Assembly (NCBI GenBank): GCA_002352385.1
Contig: DEII01000052.1
Location: 5,580 to 69,579, forward strand
From: Methylococcaceae bacterium UBA2778
Lineage (GTDB): Bacteria > Pseudomonadota > Gammaproteobacteria > Methylococcales > UBA2778
DNA length: 64,000 nt
Direction of reading: 5' to 3'
Each line of letters starts with the position of its first letter. Positions within the stretch are counted from its first letter, which is position 1. The position numbers were made by a program, and so were the translations under genes. The notes under the pieces were generated by a model that saw only the letters and a list, made by a program, of their open reading frames with translations, did no database searches and was not told the origin of the DNA. Positions 12,101-23,000 of this stretch are shown one piece after another.

Positions 12101-15100
12101 TCCTTGTTTTGCCTGTGTGTCGAATGTCAGATCAGCGTTGCCGAGCTCAAAACTCTTGCTCGAGATCGGCGCGACCAACGTTGGAATGATCGCGCGACCC
12201 ACGGCAGCTTGTTGAATCGTATGATCAGCTTTAAACTCTTGCCGCAGACTCCCGGTCAGTGTATCCCACCAACACACATGGCTGTCCTTGTCCGTTTCAC
12301 CTATGGGCTGATGAATCGTAACAGCATCGGACATTCCCAAGTCCGCGCCATTTGTTACGCAAACGACCTCTTCCTGCGGGACATTTGAGAACTCATATCG
12401 TGGTTCTGATACCGACAACATTGGCAGTTGAACGGGATCGACTGCGGTATCTTTGTCACTCGTCTTAGACAACTCCCAGAGTGTCTCGAAACCATACAAT
12501 GCCTCTCCATCGGGCTCGACACCATATCCCCCAAGCACGATAGATTGATCCGAAACAGTTGTTAATGGATGACTTCCACCTAACAGACGTGCACGACTGT
12601 TGTTCGAAAGTTCCAATAATATTCGAGGTGATTCTTTGTCATACTTAACCTTGAATTCGATCGATTCCAGCAAGCCATCAAATCCGCTTTCTGAACTGTC
12701 AGATGTGGAATCCGCCACCAATATATTCCATTTAATGGACCGGTGATCACTCTCTCCATCGGGTAACCCTGTTACAGAACTAAGTTCAAGGTTACCATTG
12801 TCTTCGGAACTCAGTTGAATTTGAACGAGAGATTTTTCTGCGATGGCCTGCGCAATTGGAGCAGGAAGTTGGCCCTTCAAATCGTCACTGACAGCCGATG
12901 CTGTTCCATCAAGAAGAAGCGGGTTGATCAACGCCGCGTTCAACGTCATGCTCTTGATTTTTCCACTATTCACTGTATCTTCGAAAAATGTCATGGCGAC
13001 GATTTCGTGAATAAAAAGAGGAATACCCTTCACGCGTGGCAGGTACGAGGTCACGGCAGTTTTGCCGACTATAGTGGAGAAAAAACCAAACACCCCGAAG
13101 TAACCGCGGCTGGTAAGCAGCGCTCCGTTTTCATTGGAGTCTTTGGTCGGTTCCTCTTCAACCCATTCCGGTATCCAAAAGTCGCCAGACTTTTTCAGTC
13201 GCAATCCCTCACAAGAAAAACAGATCTCCGTAACAACTTCAGGACGCTTAACATCACTGACAATTCGGCACGCATCCGCAGCATTGGGAACATAGCTAAT
13301 CAAAATTGTCGCTCCCGCCTCTTCGTGCGAAGCACTGACAGAGCCGCGTGTCGCACCCGGATCTTTAGGCCGACTGACGGGAGTAATGATGACTCGTCCC
13401 GGATCTGCGGTTTTATTCGCACTACTCCGTAACGTGCCTAGATTGTCCATCATCCAGTGACTATCGCGGTGACTGCAAACCAGTCGGTTAGCATCAAGAT
13501 CCCACAACCGAGTTGTGCCATCAACACCACACGTAACAAGACCGCTGTGAAGATCACTACGCGATGTTGACGTTACAATTTGCAGCAAACAGGGATCAAC
13601 ACAGTTAATCGTGCCGAAATGCCCATCCAATCGGAAGTAGGGTTGGCGTTGAAAGTCTTCCAGGTCGACCGCCAGTCGAGTTTGAATGGATCGCAGCTGA
13701 GACTCTTTGGTCGAGAGCCAAACATCAATCGAACCGGTTTTATTGGCGACACAAATCCACAGCGATTGGCAGCCGACCGGCAATCCATCGTCACCGGTGG
13801 GGCGATCTTGCAAACAGATGCTGACAGCTTCTTCGGGCAAGATAACGGAGTCAAACTGGGCGACTTTGTCACCATCAATCTCACCCAGTGACCAATGTTT
13901 CTTCTTATCAGACAACGTGACAAGGGCGATGGAATTGCCGTAGCGCGCAAGCGACACTGCAGCAGCAGGCGAGTCAAGCGGCTGGACTGTATCGGCTCTG
14001 TTTTCCAACGTCAACGGCTTAAATGACCATGTACCACTTGATTTTAAGCCACGTAAGACGATGGCTGGTGCGTTGGAAACAGTTGCAGCCAGGCAGAGCG
14101 TGTCCGGAGCGATAAGCAACAGAGTCCAGTTTTTACTGTCCGAGGGATTGAATGCACCATCGGCCGCCGGATCAACCACAGCGGGATTGGTGCTACTTAT
14201 AGTTTCCGCCGGCGACCACGACCAGAACATCAAACGCACTTGCTCTTCGCTGGTACTCGCGACTAACACGCAAACAACGTTTTCGTGCGCCGAAACGTTT
14301 GCAGTCTCGGCTGCAATTCCAGCCGAACCGACGCTGACCGAATCAGTCGGCCAGTCGCTCTCCTTGTGCTTCAACCACGCTTCGACTTCACCATTCGAAG
14401 CAACCCGAACGATCCAATGGGTATCGACTGACTGGCCCGCCCCGATGGCAGCAGCTGATTGACCATCCTTTGGCTTCAACAGTGTCAATCGCTTACCCGT
14501 CAATCGGTCCACAACGGCCAAATCACCATTTGTCAATTCCGTTACAAACCATGGGAGAGGCGACACGTCGCCTGATCGTGAATCGCCGATACATGAGACA
14601 AAATCCGCACCGTCGAATAACAGCGGGACGCTTCCGTTTCTGGCTCGACTGCTTCCATCTTCAAATTCGGAATCTTCAGAATCTGCTACGGTGATTGCAA
14701 CCTGCGGAACTGGAAAATCCTTACATCCTTTCTTTTTGATATCGACGCTCTTTAATCGTACATCAAAAGTGAGCCAATCCTGCTGCTCTGTACCTGCTTT
14801 TTCGGAACTGATGCTAAGTTCCTGAGCCTGACCAAATCCAGGCATCATTAAATTAACAACCGGTGCTTTTGCATGTAGATCATCCGCAGAACCCTGGTAA
14901 TCAATCCACGCAGAGGGTGACTGTCCGTCTATCATTTCGGCTCCCGGAAGCCAATTTACGATCTCGCCAGCTTGCGCCTCAGAATCCTTCAGATCCGTTA
15001 CAGCGAGCGCATAATCATCGCGTACCGAAGCCAGGAACTCATTGACGGAGCCGACTAATGCCTTTGGAGTGCCGTCGATGGAACGGTCGGTGCTCGCAGT

Positions 15101-17077
15101 GGCTAACTCTCCGTGTTCCAGCACAAGATTACGATGAAACAGCTGGCGTCTCTTGTCCGCTCCTTGTGCACCTCGATCCGACATACCGACCCACGGCGCA
15201 AGCGCCATGGCAGCGGCGATACTGGGATCGGAGTCATATTTGACTGAGTGCAATACAGCTGCATCAGACCCTGTCATTTGTAACCGACAATCGGTGATCT
15301 CATATGGCATCAAGGTATGCGTCGTATCGCGCTCAACGATCATGCGTAACGTTTGAGGGTCCGGTGTTTGAACCAGGTTGGTCGATCCTGCCGAGATAAA
15401 ATCAATCCCCGCATCGCCAACAAACGGCGCGAACGTGACCACCGCTTGATTCGAGCACTCCATCTTGAATTCAAGCGCTTCACTGGATTGGATGTTTATC
15501 GAAGGCAAAGTGGTATGCGATGAATCACCATTCGAACGGCTCTGGTCACCAATCATGCGGGCAAATATCAGTCGCGCCTTTTTCAACGCACCGTGCAACC
15601 TCTTGGTGTTGGGCGGTGCTGAAGGATCTTGCAGTCGGCGCGAATAGCAGTCGAATTGTGGCGAATAAGCAATAATGTTGCCGCTAAGAATTTCCAGGTC
15701 AATCGAGTGACTCTTCTCCTTCTCGTCGATGGTTAACTTGAGATCCAGTGGTTTGGCGTCCGGATCGAGAATGTCGCTGCCAACATCAAAGCGCCAATCA
15801 CGATTGCCGTGACGGGTGGGCAAGCGCAGCACATTGCCCGATGGCAGCGATTCGGTATCGTTGGCATCCGGAATATGGAATCGAGTCCAACCTTGCATCT
15901 CTGCTGCCAGTGATGGCGGGCGTGGTGAAACGTTACCATATTGCCACAGGTACCCCGCCTGCAATGCATTTCCTGAAATGCCGACGCACTTGAATTGGCG
16001 TGGAGGAATATTTTCCACACCGGTAAGCGTGCCATTTTTCCAGTGAATAATCGGATGCTCTGGAGGGCCTGGTAGGGGGGCATCAACAAGAAGATCAGCC
16101 ACTTCATCGCGGTTGGCAAGCCGTAAGTCACGGTCGGTGAGAATCAATCGAGAACCAATTTCGCGTAACGACAGTGGCGTCCAACGGCCTTCGTCCTCCC
16201 CGTCTCTAAATAGCAGTGCGAAATTTGGCCGCATGAACGTTTCGATGCCAGATCCCGTGTGGCGGAGATAAAACACCGAAGCACTCTTCTCCTGCTGCAC
16301 AGCCGGACGTTTGATGACTTGAATCGAAGAGCCTTCCAGCAACTTTTGTAACTTATTACGATAGCTGGCAAGCTCTTGACCCGTACTGACAAACTCATCT
16401 CCACCGCACTCCGACAAACGCCATAATTGAAAAGAAACTTCGTCGATTTGAAGCGACACGCGCCGCCTTAGAGACAACTCCGGTCCCAGCAATTCCAACT
16501 CAAAGTCATTGGCGCCAAAAGAGATTCCAGCGACTTCCACACCCTTTTCGTGCCATAGTGCATTCAGCCATGCGGAGAGTTGCGTGTCGTTCATTCCAAT
16601 AAATAACTTGTTGGACGCTACCGGGTGGGAGCTGTTCGCTTTAAACAACCCCTCGGTGGTGATGAGTCGAACACCTCCAGAAACAATGGTTGCGTGATAA
16701 TCGGAGCCAGTGCTTTTGTCATCGAATTTCACCATTACCGAAGCACTCAGTTTAATCGCATCATTCAGATGATGTGGTCTGTCTTCATCCTCAGAAATAT
16801 GTAGAAACAAGCTGTTTGGGTCGATATCTACTGTGAAATCAAAACATCTGAGGATGAGAACCTCCCGAGGTTTCTCTCCAAGAAACCACTGAGCAATATC
16901 CATTCGCCGAATCGGCAGGCTAAACAGACGCTCGCTTTCAATAGATCCAAGTGTGGGATCAGCGACGACGGGCGCGGCATGTTTTGCCAGCCACTCCTTT
17001 GGAACGCGCAGACAAATGGATAGCGGAAAACGGGTCGAGGCTTTACTGTGAAGCGTGAGTGAGACGAACTGAGTCAT
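6119..17077 (-). CDS. giant protein (about 3,652 aa from ATG 17077; 3,667 aa from the ORF-track start 17122) with several WD40/beta-propeller-like regions; function unknown
   Basis: An uninterrupted 11-kb ORF. WD40-like blades include VTCGVDGTTRLWDLDANRL and LVTGDEAGEVRIWDALSGKKL. I found no signal peptide, no TM segment and no GxxxxGK[ST] P-loop. ATG 17077 follows GAGGGAAAG (Shine-Dalgarno-like) and overlaps the upstream stop as ATGA. Confidence 0.85.
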   Translation of the reverse strand: MTQFVSLTLHSKASTRFPLSICLRVPKEWLAKHAAPVVADPTLGSIESERLFSLPIRRMDIAQWFLGEKPREVLILRCFDFTVDIDPNSLFLHISEDEDRPHHLNDAIKLSASVMVKFDDKSTGSDYHATIVSGGVRLITTEGLFKANSSHPVASNKLFIGMNDTQLSAWLNALWHEKGVEVAGISFGANDFELELLGPELSLRRRVSLQIDEVSFQLWRLSECGGDEFVSTGQELASYRNKLQKLLEGSSIQVIKRPAVQQEKSASVFYLRHTGSGIETFMRPNFALLFRDGEDEGRWTPLSLREIGSRLILTDRDLRLANRDEVADLLVDAPLPGPPEHPIIHWKNGTLTGVENIPPRQFKCVGISGNALQAGYLWQYGNVSPRPPSLAAEMQGWTRFHIPDANDTESLPSGNVLRLPTRHGNRDWRFDVGSDILDPDAKPLDLKLTIDEKEKSHSIDLEILSGNIIAYSPQFDCYSRRLQDPSAPPNTKRLHGALKKARLIFARMIGDQSRSNGDSSHTTLPSINIQSSEALEFKMECSNQAVVTFAPFVGDAGIDFISAGSTNLVQTPDPQTLRMIVERDTTHTLMPYEITDCRLQMTGSDAAVLHSVKYDSDPSIAAAMALAPWVGMSDRGAQGADKRRQLFHRNLVLEHGELATASTDRSIDGTPKALVGSVNEFLASVRDDYALAVTDLKDSEAQAGEIVNWLPGAEMIDGQSPSAWIDYQGSADDLHAKAPVVNLMMPGFGQAQELSISSEKAGTEQQDWLTFDVRLKSVDIKKKGCKDFPVPQVAITVADSEDSEFEDGSSRARNGSVPLLFDGADFVSCIGDSRSGDVSPLPWFVTELTNGDLAVVDRLTGKRLTLLKPKDGQSAAAIGAGQSVDTHWIVRVASNGEVEAWLKHKESDWPTDSVSVGSAGIAAETANVSAHENVVCVLVASTSEEQVRLMFWSWSPAETISSTNPAVVDPAADGAFNPSDSKNWTLLLIAPDTLCLAATVSNAPAIVLRGLKSSGTWSFKPLTLENRADTVQPLDSPAAAVSLARYGNSIALVTLSDKKKHWSLGEIDGDKVAQFDSVILPEEAVSICLQDRPTGDDGLPVGCQSLWICVANKTGSIDVWLSTKESQLRSIQTRLAVDLEDFQRQPYFRLDGHFGTINCVDPCLLQIVTSTSRSDLHSGLVTCGVDGTTRLWDLDANRLVCSHRDSHWMMDNLGTLRSSANKTADPGRVIITPVSRPKDPGATRGSVSASHEEAGATILISYVPNAADACRIVSDVKRPEVVTEICFSCEGLRLKKSGDFWIPEWVEEEPTKDSNENGALLTSRGYFGVFGFFSTIVGKTAVTSYLPRVKGIPLFIHEIVAMTFFEDTVNSGKIKSMTLNAALINPLLLDGTASAVSDDLKGQLPAPIAQAIAEKSLVQIQLSSEDNGNLELSSVTGLPDGESDHRSIKWNILVADSTSDSSESGFDGLLESIEFKVKYDKESPRILLELSNNSRARLLGGSHPLTTVSDQSIVLGGYGVEPDGEALYGFETLWELSKTSDKDTAVDPVQLPMLSVSEPRYEFSNVPQEEVVCVTNGADLGMSDAVTIHQPIGETDKDSHVCWWDTLTGSLRQEFKADHTIQQAAVGRAIIPTLVAPISSKSFELGNADLTFDTQAKQGNLNNVIHDFSITKCCLVSDQRNTYLVTGDEAGEVRIWDALSGKKLRQLNIAAGAVTMLVGTEHQGEAYVAAIIDGRGYVLEVAQGTLSELPGNNRSLSTGIDIRSFNATLWVGAGTETEALLWKVQSDNVLSIQEPLSIDPSGSIDSVAIGLSDGTLAVFVAVGKDNKSIKSYKESSGQFDPDPSIVPEFDFSTVADPEKKSISLKCFSHDAQTHFLVAAVPVREGAVFETKLYSFVFVPSSGADPGGWKRREHTDSLPSWSSAVIQIVRTAATSKAVVGPGPTTVVNDKGISESRAFDLLDPGKSELFTLRSIAQKPVPFAAGGVWAPHLATVDGSKEIRVVDLNLEKTRATLKASNELTRVEFAEQAGSGSVIVGFEAEAVRTWTMIDWTEAELPDTKGTIEAVAVSQGFGLVADDEGAMLWPIGSELEKDAHIRLGESLKFDFASFDLRSNTEITAALKLKGSNTCHLYTIDISNKTALKITEVSLADSTILQDVVTLGQRPHLLTRTKVGKDETSLSLWSFSDQHTQPLHRWAFKTGALSIHSAVAKAGDSVQVLVASPGNLGVWSIDGLIQLDETGRVRADSEVSLEVSDVDALGFEVHARVCHDGSVALTNRRTWNDSHTPMLAGVYRQGMYALLIDPLAGGSAAAGMLTLWREKGGKLAGTVTQVIHRQDDTEVRIATQDGSIMNFNATFNRVELRARLFGRGEENHQEIVLGGVLKITLGEGQKATLFISDQLITVEKGILAYNLTGFLELDIKSGIFQGPLRCQCTFKDDFTKTSDFELLPGLYRAVPAKTSADDDVINLDAAFADPHLHLMHTINLAASDTSNPKSELFVQFVGVEETCTIKVVELSNELVPVDRCLDSEALVPFGIASPHIARLTHLQGLGSRLRFAPVDAKSIVVKPEIDKLSDDKAKDKHSEDETVRWLIQPVLSDASGTRILDLGVVAEINEGQEAKHSTENILSVTRPPEGGTDRSLMKCLASTTGEIGRSALFDSQDFAHYSINRWILIRHTVRGANTPQLSILEGQEMSAGESFQLSATTSTEKASGIIRSDLRRLTHMEARQWLCSLDNQYTVRPDTPSVERDLDRTAWREIVVGRSEPTQPVRLEDKTLRSLLLQEATAFHRMPRQWFLPKTWCDLRIMLASDGSNKEDLIDQFKTEFNLKKDVCAVLIVAVATNDSKNWIIAGFNDAGEFITVLNNDVNKELLIELNNGGDNTDKIIELATSELDPTHTFHPTALRMRLAPDKPGAMMHHRLQFVSTRPQPSSQSAGPTDSWFHLGSSIDFSLREPMQLNPPLGSSIELINTKYSSLSGGLGSRVLFEWKETLGTIPIIATGTEMEIRQLPSQQAEGVASDDVRIEIKPKSQHCLQLIVQINDQLIDLDERQPLFPVYDARQVANTKQSIVLKNESNLLAELDPLPGATDVELRAYKRNTIVLAKSGTKWEASSVRDPQAPAGITLEPRIAPDDVVTLTQDVKGAPVILAASDSKVQAFQLSDKSPLTLQENDIAALDVATARTKRGAMVFDTFSALEKDSDNRIIHFWSPNVGGPGYVRQFTDSFKPGGDYDRLLLAGDESNVVFAVCWGEGKKWEIWRLTLPEKDQPQDKPESVATIVSSHTAQAVALHSVRSGNFHEPVLFVAEDDGYVRSYDQNGDVTREIPVPQPVNSMSLNVETSRPLLTISTGKKDDDPDTRRVAIIDVESGRVLREVTSVSRAGRLVMFGDRPVLVCLGGDDQIHLVETYLSTRRPPNIFLVSELKGIDKGVRVKVKLKNLDDPVDVTLKPVLVLEPQNAASGKSPLAEIPIVVGDEESFEMVSDLDNKYKLYQFNSKNKNHDKNKNHDLKLDQAQTIRISWKGEFTDGDGKKHPVEVVYGGSAGEKKLRLVPYASTTPKCCAVLVVDAKEDEGFRQVMHRNLIFGDAANAGSGKGVLRPTNGSKPLFAFESEDREEVDTPLPTIDDDDQIGLVLVKYFANGQTLRTHYNKLTKI
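6561..6596. repeat. 18-bp tandem duplication inside the giant gene
   Basis: TCGTGGTTCTTGTTTTTA is followed by TCGTGGTTCTTGTTTTTG. It is in-frame and encodes the duplicated KNKNHD-KNKNHD near the protein C-terminus. Confidence 0.8.
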
Positions 17078-20000
17078 GAGCTTTCCCTCAATAGAGTGGC
17101 TGCCGTGAGCTTGCCGTAACACGACACTTGAATGTAACGTCGAGAGGCGTCGTCAAACAGTTTATCCTCTTTAGTCTTAAACGTGACAGTGACGACTGGA
17201 ACTAACTCTTCAGGATCAGTTCCGGTTACTGTGCGAAGCTCGATTTCGGGATAGGGGTCGATGATTTCAACAGCCGAATCGAATGATCGGACATAGGGCT
17301 TGGCGCCCTTGGCATCATCCGTCTGGTACCCTTCCTGCCAAGGCATGAGCAGGTCAACAACACTTCGATAGATGCTGTCAGAATTGGCCTCCGCATTGTC
17401 TGAATCATCTGCAACACGGTAATAGAAATGGTAACCGAGCGCTGGCATTGGCAGAACATCGTCCGGGAGGGGGCTCTTCGTTCCCCCCTTGAATGTTCGT
17501 GGAGAGAGCAAGGGCACTCCACCGGCCAGTTCCGCAGGGGATGCCATCTCACCGAGCCGCGTGAGCACAACTTCAATCGCATATTTTCCTTCTTCTGGCG
17601 TCCTCACAACCGGAGGTCGATAAGCGATCACGGCTGGCATGCGCCGAGCCGGTTCAGAATCGGTCATTGGATCGTGCTGCGGAGGCGCTCCCTCCAGGTC
17701 GCCTTCGAACTGCCCGTTGACAGACAGTTGGACAGCGTAAAAGTAAGGGATCTCTTCTAACGTAATCAATCGTTCGTGACGAAACAGCCGAACCTCCGCG
17801 GTACTGCTGCGCGGGGTCGGCACAATGACGGGGGAGGAATCAACAACGGTCTCAGTGGTTGCTTCCACCATTATCTTCTGCACGATCTTTTCCCACCGTT
17901 TGTCCGGCTCATCGTGATCCACGAGCGAGTATTGGAAGGTGAGCTGGCAGCCTCGATAACCGGTGCGAATGGCTGAAATCCGGTTAAGTAATGATCGAAT
18001 GCCAGCCGGTGGCAACGTATAACTAAAACGCAACAGCTCAGGATGCGGGAAGTTGGAGATCGGTAATGGAATGGGCAGATCGACTCCGTCATCGCGGGTG
18101 ATGATACGCCTGGCATCCAGTTCCGCCCCGGCGTGAGTGACCTCCGGACGAGGCAGGTCGCGCGCCCAGCGAATCAGCGGTTCATAGCGGGACATCGACC
18201 GGGCGGACACTTCAAACCGATGTCCTCGCCGATCCGGCGTTTCCCAGTCGATGTGAGCAAACCCGTTAACGTGTGGAACGGTGCGGTAATGCAGTTCGAG
18301 CGGCATCATGCGAAGCTGTAACAGCTGACCGACTGCAACTGGCTTGGTCTTATCTTCAGCTCTTTGCCATGAAGCGAAATAGGCTACTCTGGCAAACAGC
18401 TCCACTTGCCTTTTAGCATTGGCCTCATTGCTCTCCAGGATCACACCACGAATTTCAAACCAATCCTTAAGTTTGTCGTAGACACTCTCCTGTTCTGGAT
18501 TCAATAGGGGGTGATGCGAGATCAGTAGATCATGAAATAACTTGGGAACGATAATAAGCTTAACGAAGGAGAACCCGGCATAGAAGTAAGCGTTATCTTG
18601 GTTTGAGTCAGGACTAGGGTCAGGAAACTGCCCCCGATACTCGGAATCGGGTTCTCGCGGCGTTACCAGATAAACATAGTGCGGGTCGATGGTGTTCTGC
18701 TTCTGCTCGAACAACACCTCAAGATTCGCCCTGCGAATGGCATCCACCAGATCGGCTTGTGGCAAAGGTTCACCCGTTTCATCCGTACCGCCAAGATCCA
18801 GCGCGAACCCCATGCGTTCCAACAGATTAAAGTAAGCGACCAGATGCGGTTCGGAAGAGCTTCCTGTCGGCGTGCTACCACCCACGTCATCCAACGACCG
18901 GTGCGAATCGGGCAGCAACACCTTCATCTCAATCAATTCGGGCGCCTTTGCGCCAATGTTGTTCTCGGCAACCGTCACGCGGTGATGAGGCCGACGCTCC
19001 AATCGCCAGCCATCCGTTTCAAATTGCCGCTCCAGACGTTGCAGACCGATTGTCAGTCCGGCGGCTTTGGCGACAACGGATGCGGCTGCTTTACGGCGAC
19101 CGTTATCCTCCGATTCGTATGTGATGAGTGATTGTAGCTCATCGACCGCTTCCTTTAATCGATCACTGGCCCACTTCGGTTTCTCCGTTGTTTCAGGAAA
19201 CCATTTCAACAATTTGGTGACGTTCGGAAGGCTGCCACCAACACCAAACTCCTTGTCAGCTTCTGCCTGTTTATTTCGAATGAATTCAAATACCGCACCA
19301 CGTGGTAACCAGTTGCGGTCCTGATCTCTTTCTACTGCGGACAGAGGTAACCCTTCGCCAACGGTCGCCAACACATCCTCTCCGATGATCCATCGCCGAC
19401 GAATAATCGATGTGAGTTTGCGGGCATAGTCCGCATCCAAAAAAGCTTTCCGCGCGTTGATTGCCCCATCTTCTGAATCCTCAAAATCAGCGGATTCCGG
19501 GTTCAGATCATCGATATCCAGCAATGTGTTGCGCAGCGCCGAATTGATGGACTCAATTCGTTCAGTAGTCAACTCGTCCAGATCCTTGACACCCTCAGCC
19601 TCAAGGCCGAGGAACAGATAACAAACCAATGCCTCAATCTGTGAGATAACCGTTTGCAACGGTTTGTCATTAAGGTTGAGCGGCGATTTTTCAAATTCCC
19701 CGATCGCCGCCATCATCCCAGACGCGGCGATCGCCGCCGAATCCCAATCCGCACCACTCTCAATCGCACTGGTCAACTCAACCTTGTGCAGAGTGAATAA
19801 CTGAATCAATGGGTTGCCGTTATCCAGAAACAGCGTCTGGTTAACCAGACACTTCTCAAAATCAGAGTCAGAAACCGCATCCCGAACCGGCACACCAGGA
19901 GGGGTCGACTCAGGAGGGGTCAGTCGCTGCACATTTTCTCGTCGCGTCAAGCGCCAGGCCGAATCGTTGGAGAAGTCGCGAATGGAATGTTGGTATGCCG

Positions 20001-23000
20001 TATATTCCCGCATCTGACAAACAAATCGCGCCGCCACCGCCGCATCGTCGCGGTCACGAATTTGGATCTCAACACCGCCGTGAGTGCGCCCTGAGTGGTT
20101 CCAGCTGATACCAACCCGGCGACGCCGTTTAGCGGCTGGATAGTCCCGTTCCAAAGAGCGCGCGCTAACGCTGACCGGAACGATGGAGTCTATTGGGGTC
20201 TCGTTGCTATCAGAGAAGCACAGGTCGTTCAGCAGATCGACTTCCGCCTGATCGATCCACTCAATTTGTCGTACTGTTCGCAGCCCTGGAGCGGCAGGGT
20301 TCAATCCCTTCCGATTTTCATACCAGAAATGTGTCTCTGGCGCAGAGACGAATGCGTCAAGCTGAGCATCCGACATATCTTTGAATTTTGGTTCCGTTTT
20401 GTTTGCCACGGAAGGAATGTTCTTGGAAATTGCCAGCGTCAACGAACGCAGCGTCCCTTCCGCTTCATCACCTTCATCACCCGACTCGCCCTGGTAGATT
20501 GGACGGATATAAAAGCGATAGGCATAGCCATCACGCTTAAATGGTTGGGTGTTGGAAAACACCCAAGTCCCCGGTTCGCCGGCTACCGGCTCGACTTCAA
20601 TCTGGAACTTGTCACTCAACGAGAGCACGGGTTGGTCGGCGGAGAGCGCGCCCAGATTCGGCTCAGCGCCGCCAACCAGAGAGCGCCTTGCTTCATCCGC
20701 CGAACCCGCATAAAAGCCCGAGTCAACAATCAGCCGCTCCTCTACCCAAATCTGAAAATCACGAGGTTGATGAGCCTCAGTTTTATTTTTTCGCTCCCAT
20801 TCATCCGTGAGTGCCAGCGTGACCCGTTCATCACCCATGGATGCCAACTGAAAATGGGTCCAGGTATTGTCGGAAGTCGCTGGATCGTTCGGTTGCAACA
20901 GCGAACCAACATCAAAGACCATCGATAGATCGATCGGGAAGGTGTCTGGTGCAGGCACATGCAGCTTGACCGGCTGCCAGGGAGAGAGGCCCGCCATTTC
21001 ATCATTGGACTGATCATCGATAGGAACGAACCTGATGGCGTAATCGATCAGAGTCCTGTCGGCAATCACGCCAAGATCAAACAGTCGCTCGCCCAATTTT
21101 CCACGCACGCGGAACTCATCCGCAAAGATGTACGGATCGACCACCACCACCGGTTTTTCACCTGGATTATTGTTTAAATAGGTCAGCGACGGCAATTGAT
21201 AGCTGCCGACCCGTACCGGTTTACCTTGCCCGCGAATCCTCCGCCACACCTCGAAGTGTGAAAAGAGGGGCAGGTAGTCATGAAAGAAGGTATCGTCGTA
21301 GCCGATGGGAAGTCGTACCACCACACGCCCCTCTTCACCAGATTTGTCACTCGCTTCAACGTCGACAACGTACTCCTGGCGGGGTGAGTACAAGCGTACC
21401 GATTGGTGAGCCTTTGAGAGAAGTGTGTTGACATCCAGTACCGTTACCGTAACAGGCTCTTCCGAACTGCCGGTTTCCCCTGCTTGAGCGCCACGCACCA
21501 CGGTCATGGTGCTCCTCCCCTGGCCGTCATTATCGAACGTCAGGCCGTCCTGTTTGAAAATCAGACCTCGACGCCCGTTCTGTTCGGTTGCAACCCAGGC
21601 TGACGGCTCAGACGCGTTCTCATCTGTTTTTGCTGCAGTGTGGAATGCACGTACTATTTCAAAAAGAACGGCGGCGCGCCGCTGTTCCAAATCTTCTTCC
21701 GGCAACAGGTCATTACCGCTGTGCCGACGCTCGATAATCGCTCGCTGAGACCAGAAAAGGAAGTTGACCAAACGGCCGTAGGTTGAGTTAAAGTCTTGTG
21801 GCGCTTCGCCGGAGTGCAAAATTTGATCGGCTGATTTCATTCGCACTGGCAGGGCATGATCGGGCAGCAAGGCTTGATCGATCTCCAGCCAGAACTCACG
21901 ATTTGGGGACTCGATGCGCGGATCAGTGATAATCACGTATTCACTCAAAGACCGAGAGATTGGCTCCTTGCCCGCCACAGTCGTCTCAGCCATCGTGGCC
22001 TCGATCTCTTCCAACGCATCCTTGATTGCCCGCGAAACGGGTTGAGAGCCAGTACCGTCGCTGTTAGGGTCACTCCATGAATCTTGGTCCCACGGCATTC
22101 TCAATGTGATGGAATCGTTTACCTTAATTGAGACGACGTGCCCACTGAACGGAATCGGCTTCTCCGGCTCCGGCTCAGTGGCATGCGGGGTAAACCACGT
22201 GGCATCCGCTTGCGGAACCAGCAGATGCCACTCACCTATCTGGTAATGTAGCCAGGTCTCGGGTGGCTCCGAATCCGCCATACTGACAAGCGCTGTAGCG
22301 TCACCCTCTCCGGTGAGCAATTTCTGCCGATAAGTTTCAATCTTGTGTTCGAACAGGGCGACGCGACGCCGCACGCCAACAATCACCTCTTCGCGGATCT
22401 TCAACGATGGTGAGACTGACAGACGGTAGCCGCACACCGAAATGCTGATAGACAACTCCCCGGCAAAGCCAAACTCTCCGCGTTCATTAAACGCCACCGC
22501 GCCACACAATCCAATTTCCAGCCTGGTTGAGTCAAGTCGGAATGTTTTCTTGAACGACAACCGCTTCTTCCAACGCCCCCAACCGATGGTAATACTGAAT
22601 CCAATCGTAATCCACGCATCAACGTCCAACAGGACCTGGATAGCAATCATTCCGTAAGCGGCAAGACCGTCGCGGCTGAGCAAGCCGCCAAATTCAACAC
22701 CAACCGCAATGTCACCACGGCAACTAAACCCACCCGGCCCCGCTTCCAATCTTTCCGAGAATGTGCCGGTAATCAATTGGCTGGCACGAACCAGAACCGT
22801 GCCGCTGAAGACCGCCAAGCGGAAGCTGCCCCGATAAAGCATATCGACGCCGAGGAACGATTCGCTGTATGAAACATCCTGCAAAAAAAAGTCGACCAAG
22901 TCGGGAGAGAGCAGAAAAGAGAGCTTGGTATGCCCTTTGTTCAATATTTTCGACAACTGCTCGCTCGACTCAATTGCCGGATTCTGGCGTGATTCGATCG

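Noticed and set aside
20095-20928. 277-aa plus-strand ORF inside the 2,993-aa gene.
   Set aside because: It is antisense to a 9-kb uninterrupted ORF, has no motif and has an Arg-rich composition. It is a shadow ORF.
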